Of a DNA stretch of 64,000 bases, positions 29,020 through 38,271 are shown piece by piece. The stretch is taken from assembly GCA_964291625.2 (NCBI GenBank), contig OZ220089.1:3328001-3392000 (forward strand), given 5' to 3'. Every line of letters starts with the position of its first letter. The first letter of the stretch is position 1. The translations under genes were made by a program, and so were the position numbers. The notes under the pieces are model-generated. The model ran no database searches. It saw nothing but the letters and a program-made list of their open reading frames with translations, and was not told the DNA's origin. Origin of the DNA: Candidatus Latescibacterota bacterium. Its GTDB lineage: Bacteria > Latescibacterota > UBA2968 > UBA8231.

Positions 29020-30333
29020 GTGTCTGTCGATTCTCTGCGCGAGAGGTATCACAGGGTGCGCAACCACACTCTCGAAATGGCGGCGCTGCTCAGCGAGGAG
29101 GAGTTCTACCACCAGGCCGTGCAGGAGGTGAGCCCGCCGGCCTGGAACCTTGGCCACACCAGCTGGTTCTTCGACGCCGTCATCCTCGGCAGGTACGCCG
29201 GGTCCCTGGGGCAGGACGGCAAGCTCTGGTATCACTTCAACTCCTACTACAAGGGGGCGGGCAGGCACGTGCGCCAGGCCTGCCGCGGAGCGGTACTCGT
29301 CCACGAGGCCCCTCTCCAGAGCATACTGAAGTACCGGTCCGACGTGGACGAGGTGATGGACCTCCTCCTCGACGGCGACCACGGTGAAGAGTTCGACCGC
29401 CTGGTGGAGTTGGGAATCAACCACGAGCAGCAGCACCAGGAGCTGTTCTATACCGAGGTCCTGCGCAACCGGTTCGAGCGCTGCTCAGAAGGCAGGCACA
29501 TCAGCGGCGAGTCCCGTGCCCCGGGCTCGGTGGAGATCCCCCTCCGGTGGATCCCCTTCGAGGAGACCATAGCGGAGGTGGGCAACGTGGAAGGTGGGTT
29601 CGGCTTCGACAACGAGTACGGGGTGCACCGGCAATACATCCATTCCTTTGCCATGATGAACCGCCCGGTGACCAACGGTGAGTATCTGGAGTTCATCGCC
29701 GACGGCGGCTACGAGAACTACGCCTGGTGGTTCGCCGAGGCCTGGGATGACGGCTCCATGCGGCCGGTGCTCCGGCTGGCGGACCGGGAGATTTACCCCC
29801 GGGCCCCCCTCTACTGGAGACGGATCGACGGCATGTGGCAGCGGTTTGCCCTGCAAGGCTGGCAGGAGACGGATCCCCACGAGCCGGTCTCTCACCTGAG
29901 CTACTTCGAGGCGGCGGCCTACGCCAACTGGAAGAGCCACGGCGAGGACAGGATCGTGCGCCTGCCCACCGAGGCGGAATGGGAGCACGCCGCCCGGCGC
30001 ACCGACGCCATGGCGCAGGTGCGCAAGAGTGAGGCGGTGCTTCTGGGAGGGGAGCTGTACCGGCCGGCGATGACGCCCCAGGAAGGGGAGCTCAAGCACA
30101 TGATGGGCAACGTCTGGGAATGGACCAACAGCTCCTATTTGCCCTACCCCGGATTCCGGCCCTACCCCGGCGCCATCGCCGAGTACAACGGCAAGTTCAT
30201 GAGCAACAAGATGGTCCTCAAGGGGGGGAGCTGGGCGACGCCCAAGGACCACATCCGCATCAGCTACCGCAACTTCTGGCCCCTCACCTTCCAGTTCGGC
30301 ATCCCCGGGTTCCGGCTGGTGATGGAGTCATGA
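29020..30333 (+). CDS. egtB: ergothioneine sulfoxide synthase EgtB-like (DinB_2 + FGE-sulfatase)
   Basis: RBS AAGGAGGA + GTG; SPPAWNLGHTSWFF, FNSYY, NHEQQHQEL, VTNGEY, RLPTEAEWE, GNVWEWT, EYNGKFM. Confidence 0.85.
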   Translation: MSVDSLRERYHRVRNHTLEMAALLSEEEFYHQAVQEVSPPAWNLGHTSWFFDAVILGRYAGSLGQDGKLWYHFNSYYKGAGRHVRQACRGAVLVHEAPLQSILKYRSDVDEVMDLLLDGDHGEEFDRLVELGINHEQQHQELFYTEVLRNRFERCSEGRHISGESRAPGSVEIPLRWIPFEETIAEVGNVEGGFGFDNEYGVHRQYIHSFAMMNRPVTNGEYLEFIADGGYENYAWWFAEAWDDGSMRPVLRLADREIYPRAPLYWRRIDGMWQRFALQGWQETDPHEPVSHLSYFEAAAYANWKSHGEDRIVRLPTEAEWEHAARRTDAMAQVRKSEAVLLGGELYRPAMTPQEGELKHMMGNVWEWTNSSYLPYPGFRPYPGAIAEYNGKFMSNKMVLKGGSWATPKDHIRISYRNFWPLTFQFGIPGFRLVMES

Positions 30334-30454
30334 GTGCGCCAGCGGCAGCCCCCGGCGGGGCACGAGGTGGCATCTCTCGGGTCACCTCGGGTTCCATGGG
30401 GAGCTCTCTTCTATATTCAGAGCCAGGCAGTATCTCTTGCCGGAGGGATTGAGC

Positions 30455-31339
30455 ATGGAACGCAAGCAACCACGTAGGGGCCGACGGCCCGCATCGATGC
30501 TGGCCATACCCGCCCTGCTGCTGTCGGTAAGCGCCGGTCTGGCTTTGCCCTCGCCGCCCGAAACGGTGGTGGCAGCGCCGTTCACCCCGCCGGAGGATCA
30601 GGGCGATCAGGGCGGCTTCATCCTCCTGAGCTGGGATGCCGTTGAGGGAGCGGACGGCTACCGGCTCTGGCGGGAGGTCCTGGTCGATCGGGTCCTCGAT
30701 GAGGCGGGCAGCACAGTGGAGTTGGAGTCCCCTGAGTTCGTCCTCGTGCCGTGGGGCCGCGTCGACTCGGTGCCTGATGCCGTGGTCAGGGCTGTCGTTT
30801 TCGCGGGAGACATGGGCATGACCCGGTGGGCGGTCACCACCTTGCAGAACACCGGTGCTGGTTGGCTGGAGTCCGAGCCGCGGTTGGATTCGCCAGGCGC
30901 GGGTCAGCCCCTGCCCGCACCGCCCGAGAGGGTGGTGGCCCAACCATTCACCCCGGAGGGGGACACGGGGAACTACATCCTCCTGAGCTGGGATGCGGTG
31001 GACGGAGCCGACGGCTACCGGATGTGGCGGCAGATGCTGGTGGACCGGGTCTTCGATGAGGAGGGCAACCTGGTAGAGCTGGACACCCCCGAGTATGTCC
31101 TCGTGCCTTGGGTCCGGATCGACGCTGTGCCCGGGGAGTCTGTCGCCACCGCCGTCGTCGCTGCCTTGGACGGCGACGCCAACACCCGCTGGGCGATCAC
31201 CACCCTGCAGCGTACCGATGGCGGGTGGCTGGAGTCCGAGCCCCGGTACTTCCAAGTCGGGGTGGAGGGCGCCGGGACGGGGGTCCAGGCGCGCACTTGG
31301 GGGGACGTGAAACAGCAGCCGCGGAAGGATGCAAGATGA
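30455..31339 (+). CDS. secreted protein with two tandem FN3-like domains and C-terminal TWGDVK motif
   Basis: Signal peptide; near-identical repeats at 30545-30883 and 30911-31246 (ILLSWDAV.GADGYR.WR...WLESEPR). Confidence 0.75.
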   Translation: MERKQPRRGRRPASMLAIPALLLSVSAGLALPSPPETVVAAPFTPPEDQGDQGGFILLSWDAVEGADGYRLWREVLVDRVLDEAGSTVELESPEFVLVPWGRVDSVPDAVVRAVVFAGDMGMTRWAVTTLQNTGAGWLESEPRLDSPGAGQPLPAPPERVVAQPFTPEGDTGNYILLSWDAVDGADGYRMWRQMLVDRVFDEEGNLVELDTPEYVLVPWVRIDAVPGESVATAVVAALDGDANTRWAITTLQRTDGGWLESEPRYFQVGVEGAGTGVQARTWGDVKQQPRKDAR

Positions 31340-31980
31340 CCGAACAGCCCGCTCCGTATCCCGTCCAGTTCTCGATCGACTACCCCGAGTCCAGCGGCAG
31401 GCTCACGGCCTTCTTCCGGATCGTCCTGGCGATCCCGATCCTCATCGTCGCCGGTCTGCTGACCGGGGGGGTCCTCATGGGGGACATGACCACATCCCTG
31501 TGGACCGATTGGACCTCCGCGTTCTACGTGGGCGGCGTGGTGTGGATCCCCACGATGCTGATGATCGTCTTCCGCCGGAAGTATCCCCGCTGGTGGTTCG
31601 ACTGGAACCTGGAGCTGCTCCGCTTCGTGATCCGGGTCGAGGCCTACCTGCTGCTCCTGCGCGACGACTACCCCTCCACCGACGAGCGCCAGGGGGTCCA
31701 CATCGACGTCCCGTACCCGGACGCGGCAAGCCAGCTCAACCGGATCCTGCCCCTGGTCAAGTGGATCCTGGCGATCCCGCACTACATCGTCCTGGCCTTC
31801 ATCGGAATGCTGGTCGTGGTGGTGACGATCATCGCCTGGTTCGCGATCCTGATCGTCGGCCGCTACCCGAGGGAGCTGTTCCTGTTCGTCGAAGGTACCC
31901 TGCGCTGGGGATTCCGGGTCACCGCCTACGCCTTCCTCCTCAGCACCGACCGGTACCCGCCCTTCCGCTTCGGAGCCTGA
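31336..31980 (+). CDS. DUF4389 family membrane protein
   Basis: PYPVQFSIDYP, RLTAFFRIVLAIP, KYPRWWFD, AYLLLLRDDYP, LSTDRYPPF (internal duplication). Confidence 0.85.
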   Translation: MTEQPAPYPVQFSIDYPESSGRLTAFFRIVLAIPILIVAGLLTGGVLMGDMTTSLWTDWTSAFYVGGVVWIPTMLMIVFRRKYPRWWFDWNLELLRFVIRVEAYLLLLRDDYPSTDERQGVHIDVPYPDAASQLNRILPLVKWILAIPHYIVLAFIGMLVVVVTIIAWFAILIVGRYPRELFLFVEGTLRWGFRVTAYAFLLSTDRYPPFRFGA

Positions 31981-32027
31981 CGCAGCCGCTCACCCTCTGC
32001 GCCTGTGGGGTCGATGACGAGCCCGCC

Positions 32028-32642
32028 TTAGAACAGCCCGTTCAGCGATACCACCAGGCTCGATGTTGTCTCGCCTTCGACGCGGCGAAGCGCGTAGTTG
32101 GCGTTCACAAGCAGCCGTGTCCCGCTCGTCACGGGAATCCCGTACCCTCCGCCCAACAGGATTCCCGTCCCCCACTCGCTTGCTTCCTCATCTTTCTCGC
32201 CGAGTGCCTCGGCTTCGAGTACATGCCTGGCGAGCCCCAGGTCAACCCGCACGAAAGGGCCCCGGCCGATTTCGTTGGCGAGGAAGTGCATGCCGCTTAT
32301 GCCATAGAGGTAGTTGTAGATGTCGATTTCGACGTCTTCTCCAAGAAGAGTGACCTCATAGGTATCAACGCTGCCGTTTACGATTCCGCCAACAAGAGTC
32401 CGGTCTCCCCGTGGCCAATAGAAACCGAACACGTCCAGGGCGAGTGCGAGATGATCGACGTCACCTCCGGGCAGATCATCGATCTCGTCGAGGAGGTCCT
32501 GCAACTCGCCCGGGTAGGTATTGTTTGCGTAACCCAGGCCCCAGTAGGTGTACCAACTCTCCAGTTCGTTGTCGCGGGCACTGGAAGGACCTGAGAGGGC
32601 GATCACTGAAGCAAGCATGAACGGCAATATTCCCTTCGACAT
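32028..32642 (-). CDS. outer-membrane beta-barrel protein
   Basis: Signal peptide, alternating beta strands, C-terminal Phe; RBS GAGGT. Confidence 0.7.
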   Translation of the reverse strand: MSKGILPFMLASVIALSGPSSARDNELESWYTYWGLGYANNTYPGELQDLLDEIDDLPGGDVDHLALALDVFGFYWPRGDRTLVGGIVNGSVDTYEVTLLGEDVEIDIYNYLYGISGMHFLANEIGRGPFVRVDLGLARHVLEAEALGEKDEEASEWGTGILLGGGYGIPVTSGTRLLVNANYALRRVEGETTSSLVVSLNGLF

Positions 32643-32854
32643 GGTGACTACCTCGCTCTTCGTCGATGGACAACGCCCGGCACACAGGCTGTCCTGGGTT
32701 CACCCGCCAACCTCGGCTTGACTCTTCAACAGGATAGTCTCGAAGCGGACAGGGGCTGTCCGTTGCCAGAACTTTCTCGGGCCAGGAAGCGACTTTCCTG
32801 GCCCTTGCCAGAACGCCGGGCCTACCGTGGGGCAAGGTAGGCGACCTCCCCCTA

Positions 32855-35416
32855 CTACTCCCGCGCCTCCGGGAACTGCTCGTACAGCAGGTTGAACGCC
32901 GCCGGGGTGCCGCAGACGTAGAGGGCGTCCGCGTCCGACAACGCCGACGGCGGGATCTCCAGCTGCACCTCCCCCCCGCGCTCGACGGCGATCACCGAGC
33001 AGCCGGTGCGCTCGCGGATGCGGGCCTCCATGGGACGGGCGCCGAAGCGCCGGGCGGGCATCTTCACCAGCTTGATCCGCGGCTGGTGGGAGACCGCCTC
33101 GCCGAGGACGTGGTGGGCCAGGATCTGGCCGGCCACCTGGCTCACGGAGAGGGCGAAGTCGGCGCCGGCCTGCTGCAGGCGGCCCACGTTCTCCACGTGG
33201 TTGACGGCGGCGATGATCGGCACCTCGGGGGCGTAGTCGCGCACCACGGTGGTGGCCAGCAGGTCGGCGCTGTCGGTCTCGTGGGCCAGGCTCACGGCGC
33301 GGGCCCCGGCGATGGGGGTGCGCTCGAGGACCTCCCGGTCGAGGATGTCGCCCGCCAGGTCGACCCCCTCGCCGCCGGCGGGATCGACGACGAAGGTCGG
33401 CTCGCCGGCGCTGCGCAGGATCTCCACCAGCTTCTCCCGCACGTCGCCCGAGCCGACCACCACCAGCGGCCCCTCCTCGGTGATGGGGCGCACCCAGTCG
33501 TCGAGGCGGCGGATGCTCTCGGGGGAGCCCGCCGCCACCAGGATCGACCCCGGCTGCAGGGTCTCGTCGGCCCCGGGGGGCGAGTGCAGGGAGTCCTCCT
33601 TCCACTGGCCGACGATCTGGGTGCCGGTGCGGGCCCTCAGCTCGCTGCCGGCCAAGGTCGCCCCCGCCAGGGGGCTGCCGTCGTGGACGCGGATCTCGGC
33701 CACCTCCAGCAGGTGGCCCAGGGGCTCGACGCCGGCCACGCGGGGGCCGATGCGGGCGCTGGCGCGCACGGCGAGGACCGCGGCCAGGGCGTGGTTCGGG
33801 GTGAAGGCGGCGCTGGCCCCGGCCAGCATCATCGGCGCCCTCCGGGCCGGCTCCTCGATCAGCGCCACGATCGTCCCCCGGAACCCCTGCTCCCGGGCTC
33901 CGAGGGCGAAGAGGGCGTTGCGGTCGTCCTCGCCGTTGGCCACCAGGGCCCGGGCCCCGGCCAGCCGCCGCAGGTCCAGCTCCTCCTCGGCCAGGGAGGC
34001 GTGCACGACCCGCTCGCCATGGGCCAGCAGCCGCCGGGCGACGGTCTCGTCCTCCTCGATGACCAGAGCCGGGTGTCCGCGGCTCTGCAGCTCCTCCATC
34101 AGCCCCTCCACCTCGGGGCCGAAACCGTAGATGACCACATCCCCGTCCGCGTCGGGCAGGTCTCGCGGCAGCTGGCCGGTGAAGCGCTCCTCCACCAGGG
34201 GGTCGCCGAACTTGTCGATCAGCACGACGCCGCGGGGGGCGTCCTTCTGGCGCGCCGCCCGTCCCTGGAGGAGCACGGCGCAGCCCTTCAGCGCCAGGGG
34301 AGTGAACAGGTTCAGCAGGAAGGCGGTGAAGATGAGGATGGTGAAGGTGGCCTGGTCGAAGGCGCCCCGGCTCAGGGCCAGGGAGGCGAGGATGAGGGCC
34401 ATCTCGGCGCGGGCGCACATGCCCACGCCCACGGTGAGGGCCTCGCGGAAGGGCAGGCCCACGCGCAGGGCCATGCCCCCGGCGCTGAGGATCTGGCCGA
34501 CGATGACGAGGAGGGTGAGGAGGACGACGAACCCCACCTGGGCGGCGGTGATGTCGAAGGTGACGGAGAACCCGAGGGAGATGAAGAAGATCGGCCCGAG
34601 GAAGGAGTAGGCGATGCCGTAGGCGCGGTCGTTGACGACCCGCACGAGGTTGGGGTGGGCGATCTTCTCCTCGAAGAACAGACCCGCCAGGTAGGCGCCG
34701 AGGATCATGTGCAGGCCGATCGCCTCGGCGATCAGGCCGGCGCCGAAGGCGGTGACCAGGACGAAGGTGAAGCCCTTGCCGCCCTCGGAGCGGAAGGGCA
34801 GGTGCAGGCGCGGATAGACCCAGGTGGCCAGGCCGAAGCAGACGGCGAAGAAGGCCACCACCTTGCCCAGGGTGACGAGGATCGCCATGGGCTCGAAGGT
34901 GCCGCCCGTGAGCAGGCCGATGACGACGCCGAAGAACACGATCGTCAGCAGGTTGTCGAAGACGCAGCAGGCGAGGAAGACGTGGGCCACGCGGGTGTTG
35001 GCCAGGCCCAGGTCGCGCAGGCTCTTGAGGGTGATGACCACGGCCGTGGTCGCCATGGTCAGGCCCACGAAGGTGGCGCCCACGTAGTCGAGGCCGAAGG
35101 CCAGGGCCAGGCCGAAGCCGACGCCGAAGGGGACGATGGCCCCCACCACGGCCACGCCCACCGAACGCTTGAGGGCGCCGAAGAACTCGTGGGGCTGGGT
35201 CTCCACCCCGGCGTGGAACATGAGGAAGAAGATGCCGATCTCGGCCAGCAACTGGATCGTCTCGTCGGGCCGGATCAGGCCCAGGACCGCCGGCCCCACC
35301 ACCACCCCGACGATCAGCTCACCCGTCACCGTGGGCAGCCCCAGGGGCCGCAGGGTGACGGCCACCAGCCAGATGCCGGCGAGCAGGATCAGCAGGTCGA
35401 GGGCGATGTCGTGCAA
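32855..35416 (-). CDS. cation:proton antiporter (CPA2) fused to tandem RCK_N/RCK_C domains
   Basis: GELIVGVVVGP, LAEIGIFFLMF, GAYLAGL, PIFFISLG, GMCARAE; then VVIYGFGP, GSPLAGATL, VVVGSGDV, IRERTGCSVIAVER. Confidence 0.85.
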   Translation of the reverse strand: MHDIALDLLILLAGIWLVAVTLRPLGLPTVTGELIVGVVVGPAVLGLIRPDETIQLLAEIGIFFLMFHAGVETQPHEFFGALKRSVGVAVVGAIVPFGVGFGLALAFGLDYVGATFVGLTMATTAVVITLKSLRDLGLANTRVAHVFLACCVFDNLLTIVFFGVVIGLLTGGTFEPMAILVTLGKVVAFFAVCFGLATWVYPRLHLPFRSEGGKGFTFVLVTAFGAGLIAEAIGLHMILGAYLAGLFFEEKIAHPNLVRVVNDRAYGIAYSFLGPIFFISLGFSVTFDITAAQVGFVVLLTLLVIVGQILSAGGMALRVGLPFREALTVGVGMCARAEMALILASLALSRGAFDQATFTILIFTAFLLNLFTPLALKGCAVLLQGRAARQKDAPRGVVLIDKFGDPLVEERFTGQLPRDLPDADGDVVIYGFGPEVEGLMEELQSRGHPALVIEEDETVARRLLAHGERVVHASLAEEELDLRRLAGARALVANGEDDRNALFALGAREQGFRGTIVALIEEPARRAPMMLAGASAAFTPNHALAAVLAVRASARIGPRVAGVEPLGHLLEVAEIRVHDGSPLAGATLAGSELRARTGTQIVGQWKEDSLHSPPGADETLQPGSILVAAGSPESIRRLDDWVRPITEEGPLVVVGSGDVREKLVEILRSAGEPTFVVDPAGGEGVDLAGDILDREVLERTPIAGARAVSLAHETDSADLLATTVVRDYAPEVPIIAAVNHVENVGRLQQAGADFALSVSQVAGQILAHHVLGEAVSHQPRIKLVKMPARRFGARPMEARIRERTGCSVIAVERGGEVQLEIPPSALSDADALYVCGTPAAFNLLYEQFPEARE

Positions 35417-35425
35417 GGGCGGGTC

Positions 35426-36523
35426 CTACCGGAACCAGTCGTAGTTGAGGCCGAGGGAGCGGTCGGGCAGGGGCAGGTCGACGCGCTGACCGCCGTTGGC
35501 CGAGGAGAGCTTGAGGGCGATCTCCACCTCCAGGGCTGCGGCCACCCGCCGGCCCGAGTTCTTGGGCTCGTCCAGGCGGCCGGCGATGCAGTCCATCACG
35601 TCGTTGAGGGTGTAGATGCCGCCGTAGGGGCCCACGAACTGCGGCTTCGGCCACGGCATGGGGGTGCGCCGCACGCCGTCGTCCACCTCCACATCCTGGG
35701 TCCGCCGCCAGCCCTCCAGGAAGTCGAACCACATCTCGCCGCGGCTGCCGGTGATCCGCACGCCGGGGGCGCCCCGGCGGAAGTGCACGACGAGGCCGTC
35801 CTCGCAGACCATCATCCCCTGGCCGGTAAACTCGTCGCTGCCGGTCTCCCGTCTCGGCTGGTCGCCGGTGCCCGACACCCAGGCGGGCCGGCTGTCGAGG
35901 AAGTAGGACCAGTTCTGGTGCTGGGAGAAAGGGCCGGAGGCCTCGATGGAGACCAGTGTCCCCACGGCGCCGTCCCGCAGCAGCTGGCGGGCCCGGGCGA
36001 AGGAGGGATGGGTCGTGGTGATCGAGCCGCAGCTCAGGGGCACGCCGGCGGCGGCGCAGGTGCTCACCATGCGGTCCGCCTCCTCGAGGGTGTGGGCCAT
36101 CGGCTTCTCGGTGAAGATCCCCTTCGCCCCGCACTCGACGGCCAGGCAGGTGAGGTCGGCCCGGTGCTTGACGTTGGTGGCGATGGCGACGATGTCGGGG
36201 CGCTCGGCGCGCAGCATCTCCCCGGCGTCGGTGTAGAGGGCGTCCTTCACGCCGTAGCGCTCGGAGAACGCCCGCAGCCGCTTGCGGTCGCGCTCGGCGG
36301 CGGCCGCCAGCTCGATCTCGGGCCGGTCGTGGAGGGCCTCGGCGTACGAGGTCGGCAGGCCTTCCGTGCCGGGGTGGGTGTGGTGGTGGAACCGCCGGTG
36401 CAGGTCCAGCTCCGGCGTCGGCCGGTCGATGTCGTCCACGTTCCAGGTGCCGGTGCGCGCGGCCAGGTCGTAGAGCATGCCCATCCAGCCCAGGCCGATG
36501 ACGGCGCCGCGGTACTCGCTCAT
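35426..36523 (-). CDS. Gfo/Idh/MocA family oxidoreductase
   Basis: GAVIGLGWMG, PDIVAIAT, GIFTEKPMA. Confidence 0.85.
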   Translation of the reverse strand: MSEYRGAVIGLGWMGMLYDLAARTGTWNVDDIDRPTPELDLHRRFHHHTHPGTEGLPTSYAEALHDRPEIELAAAAERDRKRLRAFSERYGVKDALYTDAGEMLRAERPDIVAIATNVKHRADLTCLAVECGAKGIFTEKPMAHTLEEADRMVSTCAAAGVPLSCGSITTTHPSFARARQLLRDGAVGTLVSIEASGPFSQHQNWSYFLDSRPAWVSGTGDQPRRETGSDEFTGQGMMVCEDGLVVHFRRGAPGVRITGSRGEMWFDFLEGWRRTQDVEVDDGVRRTPMPWPKPQFVGPYGGIYTLNDVMDCIAGRLDEPKNSGRRVAAALEVEIALKLSSANGGQRVDLPLPDRSLGLNYDWFR

Positions 36524-37011
36524 CTCTTCTCCTCTTCCTCTGCAAGGGTGAGGCGCGCCGCGATGCGCATCTCCGCCAGGCCGAAACGGCCCAGGTCGGG
36601 GGTGGTGCGCACCACGAAGGTTCCCTCTTCGACGCGGGTCTGGCCCGCGGCGAAGACCACCGGCTGGCCGAAGGGGATGAACCAGTCGATCGCGAAGCCG
36701 GTGTCGTCGAAGAAACGCAGATCGTAGCGCATCTGCAGCGGCCGGTCCGAGGTGTTGCGGAACTCGATGCGGAAGGGCCCCTCCACCTCCACGTCGTTCT
36801 CCTGGCCCGTGGGCAGTTCGACGGCGGGGAACCAGCTCGCCGAGTCGACCACCACCGCCTCGCTCAAGCCGGGGGGCGCCGAGTCGATCTGCAGGACCGT
36901 GCGCAGGTCCTCCGGGCTCCGCCAGCGCAGGGGGTCCTCGGGGTCGCCGCAGCCCCAGGCGGTGAGCCCCAGGACCGCCGTCAGGGCCGCCGCCGTCAGG
37001 GTCGCCCTCAT
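36520..37011 (-). CDS. hypothetical lipoprotein
   Basis: Lipobox AWGC; beta-sandwich-like sequence; ATGA overlaps at both ends. Confidence 0.65.
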   Translation of the reverse strand: MRATLTAAALTAVLGLTAWGCGDPEDPLRWRSPEDLRTVLQIDSAPPGLSEAVVVDSASWFPAVELPTGQENDVEVEGPFRIEFRNTSDRPLQMRYDLRFFDDTGFAIDWFIPFGQPVVFAAGQTRVEEGTFVVRTTPDLGRFGLAEMRIAARLTLAEEEEKR

Positions 37012-37985
37012 TCAGACGCCCCCGTGCTCTCCCGCTTGCGCAGCCGCGCCACGAAGAACGCCTCCCGCGTCCCGTCGGGGGCCAGGCGCGCGCAGCGCTC
37101 CACCGCCGGGTGGAAGCCCCGCCCCTCCCACTCCCGCAGAGCCGGCGCCGTGAACGGCTCCGGCAGGTCGAGGGCCTCCACCTCCAGGGCCTCTCCGAAG
37201 CGCTCGAGGAGTCCGTCGACGACGGCCTCGTTCTCCTCCGGCGCCAGGGTGCAGGTGCAGTACACGAGGACGCCCCCGGGCTTGAGGGCCCCCACCGCGG
37301 AGATGGCCAGCTGCTTCTGCTTGCGCGCCATGTCGCGGATCTTCTTCGGCCCCCAGTAGCGGTAGCTCGCCGGGTCGCCGGCGCGGAACCGGCCCTCCAA
37401 GGTGCACGGCGCGTCGAGGAGCACCCGGTCGAAGCGCTCCGGCACCTTGCGCCCCACGCCGCCGCCGTCGGCGAGGTAGGTCCGGGCGATGGTCACGCCG
37501 CAGCGCTCCAGGTTGCGCCGCAGCCGGTGGAAGCGGCCCTTCACCGACTCCACCGCGGCGATGCGCCCGCGGTTGCCCATGACCCCGGCGATCTGCACGG
37601 TCTTGCCTCCCGGCGCCGCCGCCAGGTCGAGGACCTCCTCCCCCGGCCGCGGGTCGAGCAGCAGCACGGGCACCACGCTGGAGGGGTTCTGCACGTAGAC
37701 CCGGCCTTCGCGGGCGGCGGCGCTGTCGACGAGGGCGCGGCGCTCGTCCGGCGGCGCCACCCAGGCCCCGGGAGGCCACTCGAGCGGCTGGCAGGTGATC
37801 CCTTCCCGCCCCAGCTCGGCCGCGGCCTCCTCCTCGGAGGCCTTCAGCGTGTTGACGCGAAAGGCCGCCGCGGGCGGAGCGCGGAGGGAGCGCCGCCAGC
37901 CGTCGAGGCGCGAGGCGGGCAACAGCCGCTCCACGCGGGAGACGAACTCGGACGGCAGTCCTGCTTCGGGATTGCATTCGCTCAT
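37008..37985 (-). CDS. RsmB/RsmF (NOL1/NOP2/Sun) RNA m5C methyltransferase
   Basis: FRVNTLK, YVQNPSS, VLDLAAAPGGKT, FDRVLLDAPC, LVYCTCTLAPEENE. Confidence 0.9.
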   Translation of the reverse strand: MSECNPEAGLPSEFVSRVERLLPASRLDGWRRSLRAPPAAAFRVNTLKASEEEAAAELGREGITCQPLEWPPGAWVAPPDERRALVDSAAAREGRVYVQNPSSVVPVLLLDPRPGEEVLDLAAAPGGKTVQIAGVMGNRGRIAAVESVKGRFHRLRRNLERCGVTIARTYLADGGGVGRKVPERFDRVLLDAPCTLEGRFRAGDPASYRYWGPKKIRDMARKQKQLAISAVGALKPGGVLVYCTCTLAPEENEAVVDGLLERFGEALEVEALDLPEPFTAPALREWEGRGFHPAVERCARLAPDGTREAFFVARLRKRESTGASE

Positions 37986-38271
37986 GACAGGGAGACGCTG
38001 TCTATATGTACCGCCCCTGACCGGGGCCCGCCAACCGGCCCGTGTCTGCTCGCGGAGGGACTTCGGCCACCCCCGGGGCCACCGGTGTCCGCCCGCCAAC
38101 AGGACCGCGCCCGCTCGCCGCGGGATCTCGCACACCCGGCAGCCGCCGCCCGCGGGACCGGGGTTGCCAATGTACCCGTGGCCGACGTATCCCATAGACC
38201 GCCGGAACGCCCGGCTTGCCTCGGGCATCCGTCTGCAAGAGCCGCTTCCCCCGCACCCTGGAGCACACGCA

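Larger units (their letters stand above)
28746..30411. repeat. imperfect ~35-bp direct repeat (28746-28780 and 30378-30411) flanking egtB
   Basis: CGGGTCACCTCGGGGTCCATGGGGGAGTTCTCCTC versus CGGGTCACCTCGGGTTCCATGGGGAGCTCTCTTC. Confidence 0.75.

Noticed and set aside
29020-30333. Calling this gene senA (selenoneine synthase)
   Set aside because: No senB or selD neighbours, and the NSYY/EYNGKF motifs fit EgtB.
32763-32814. Mini CRISPR array
   Set aside because: Only two 10-nt repeats and no cas genes; no CRISPR array was seen anywhere in the window.
33086-36727. 1213-aa + strand ORF, and similar long ORFs such as 37110-40160, 25574-28006 and 58384-60531
   Set aside because: Antisense or alternate-frame shadows of well-supported genes; stop codons are scarce at this GC and the translations have no recognisable motifs.
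37986-38271. Long intergenic region with repeated CCCGCCAAC as a riboswitch or sRNA
   Set aside because: No recognisable consensus; a short GC-rich repeat like this is plausible by chance.
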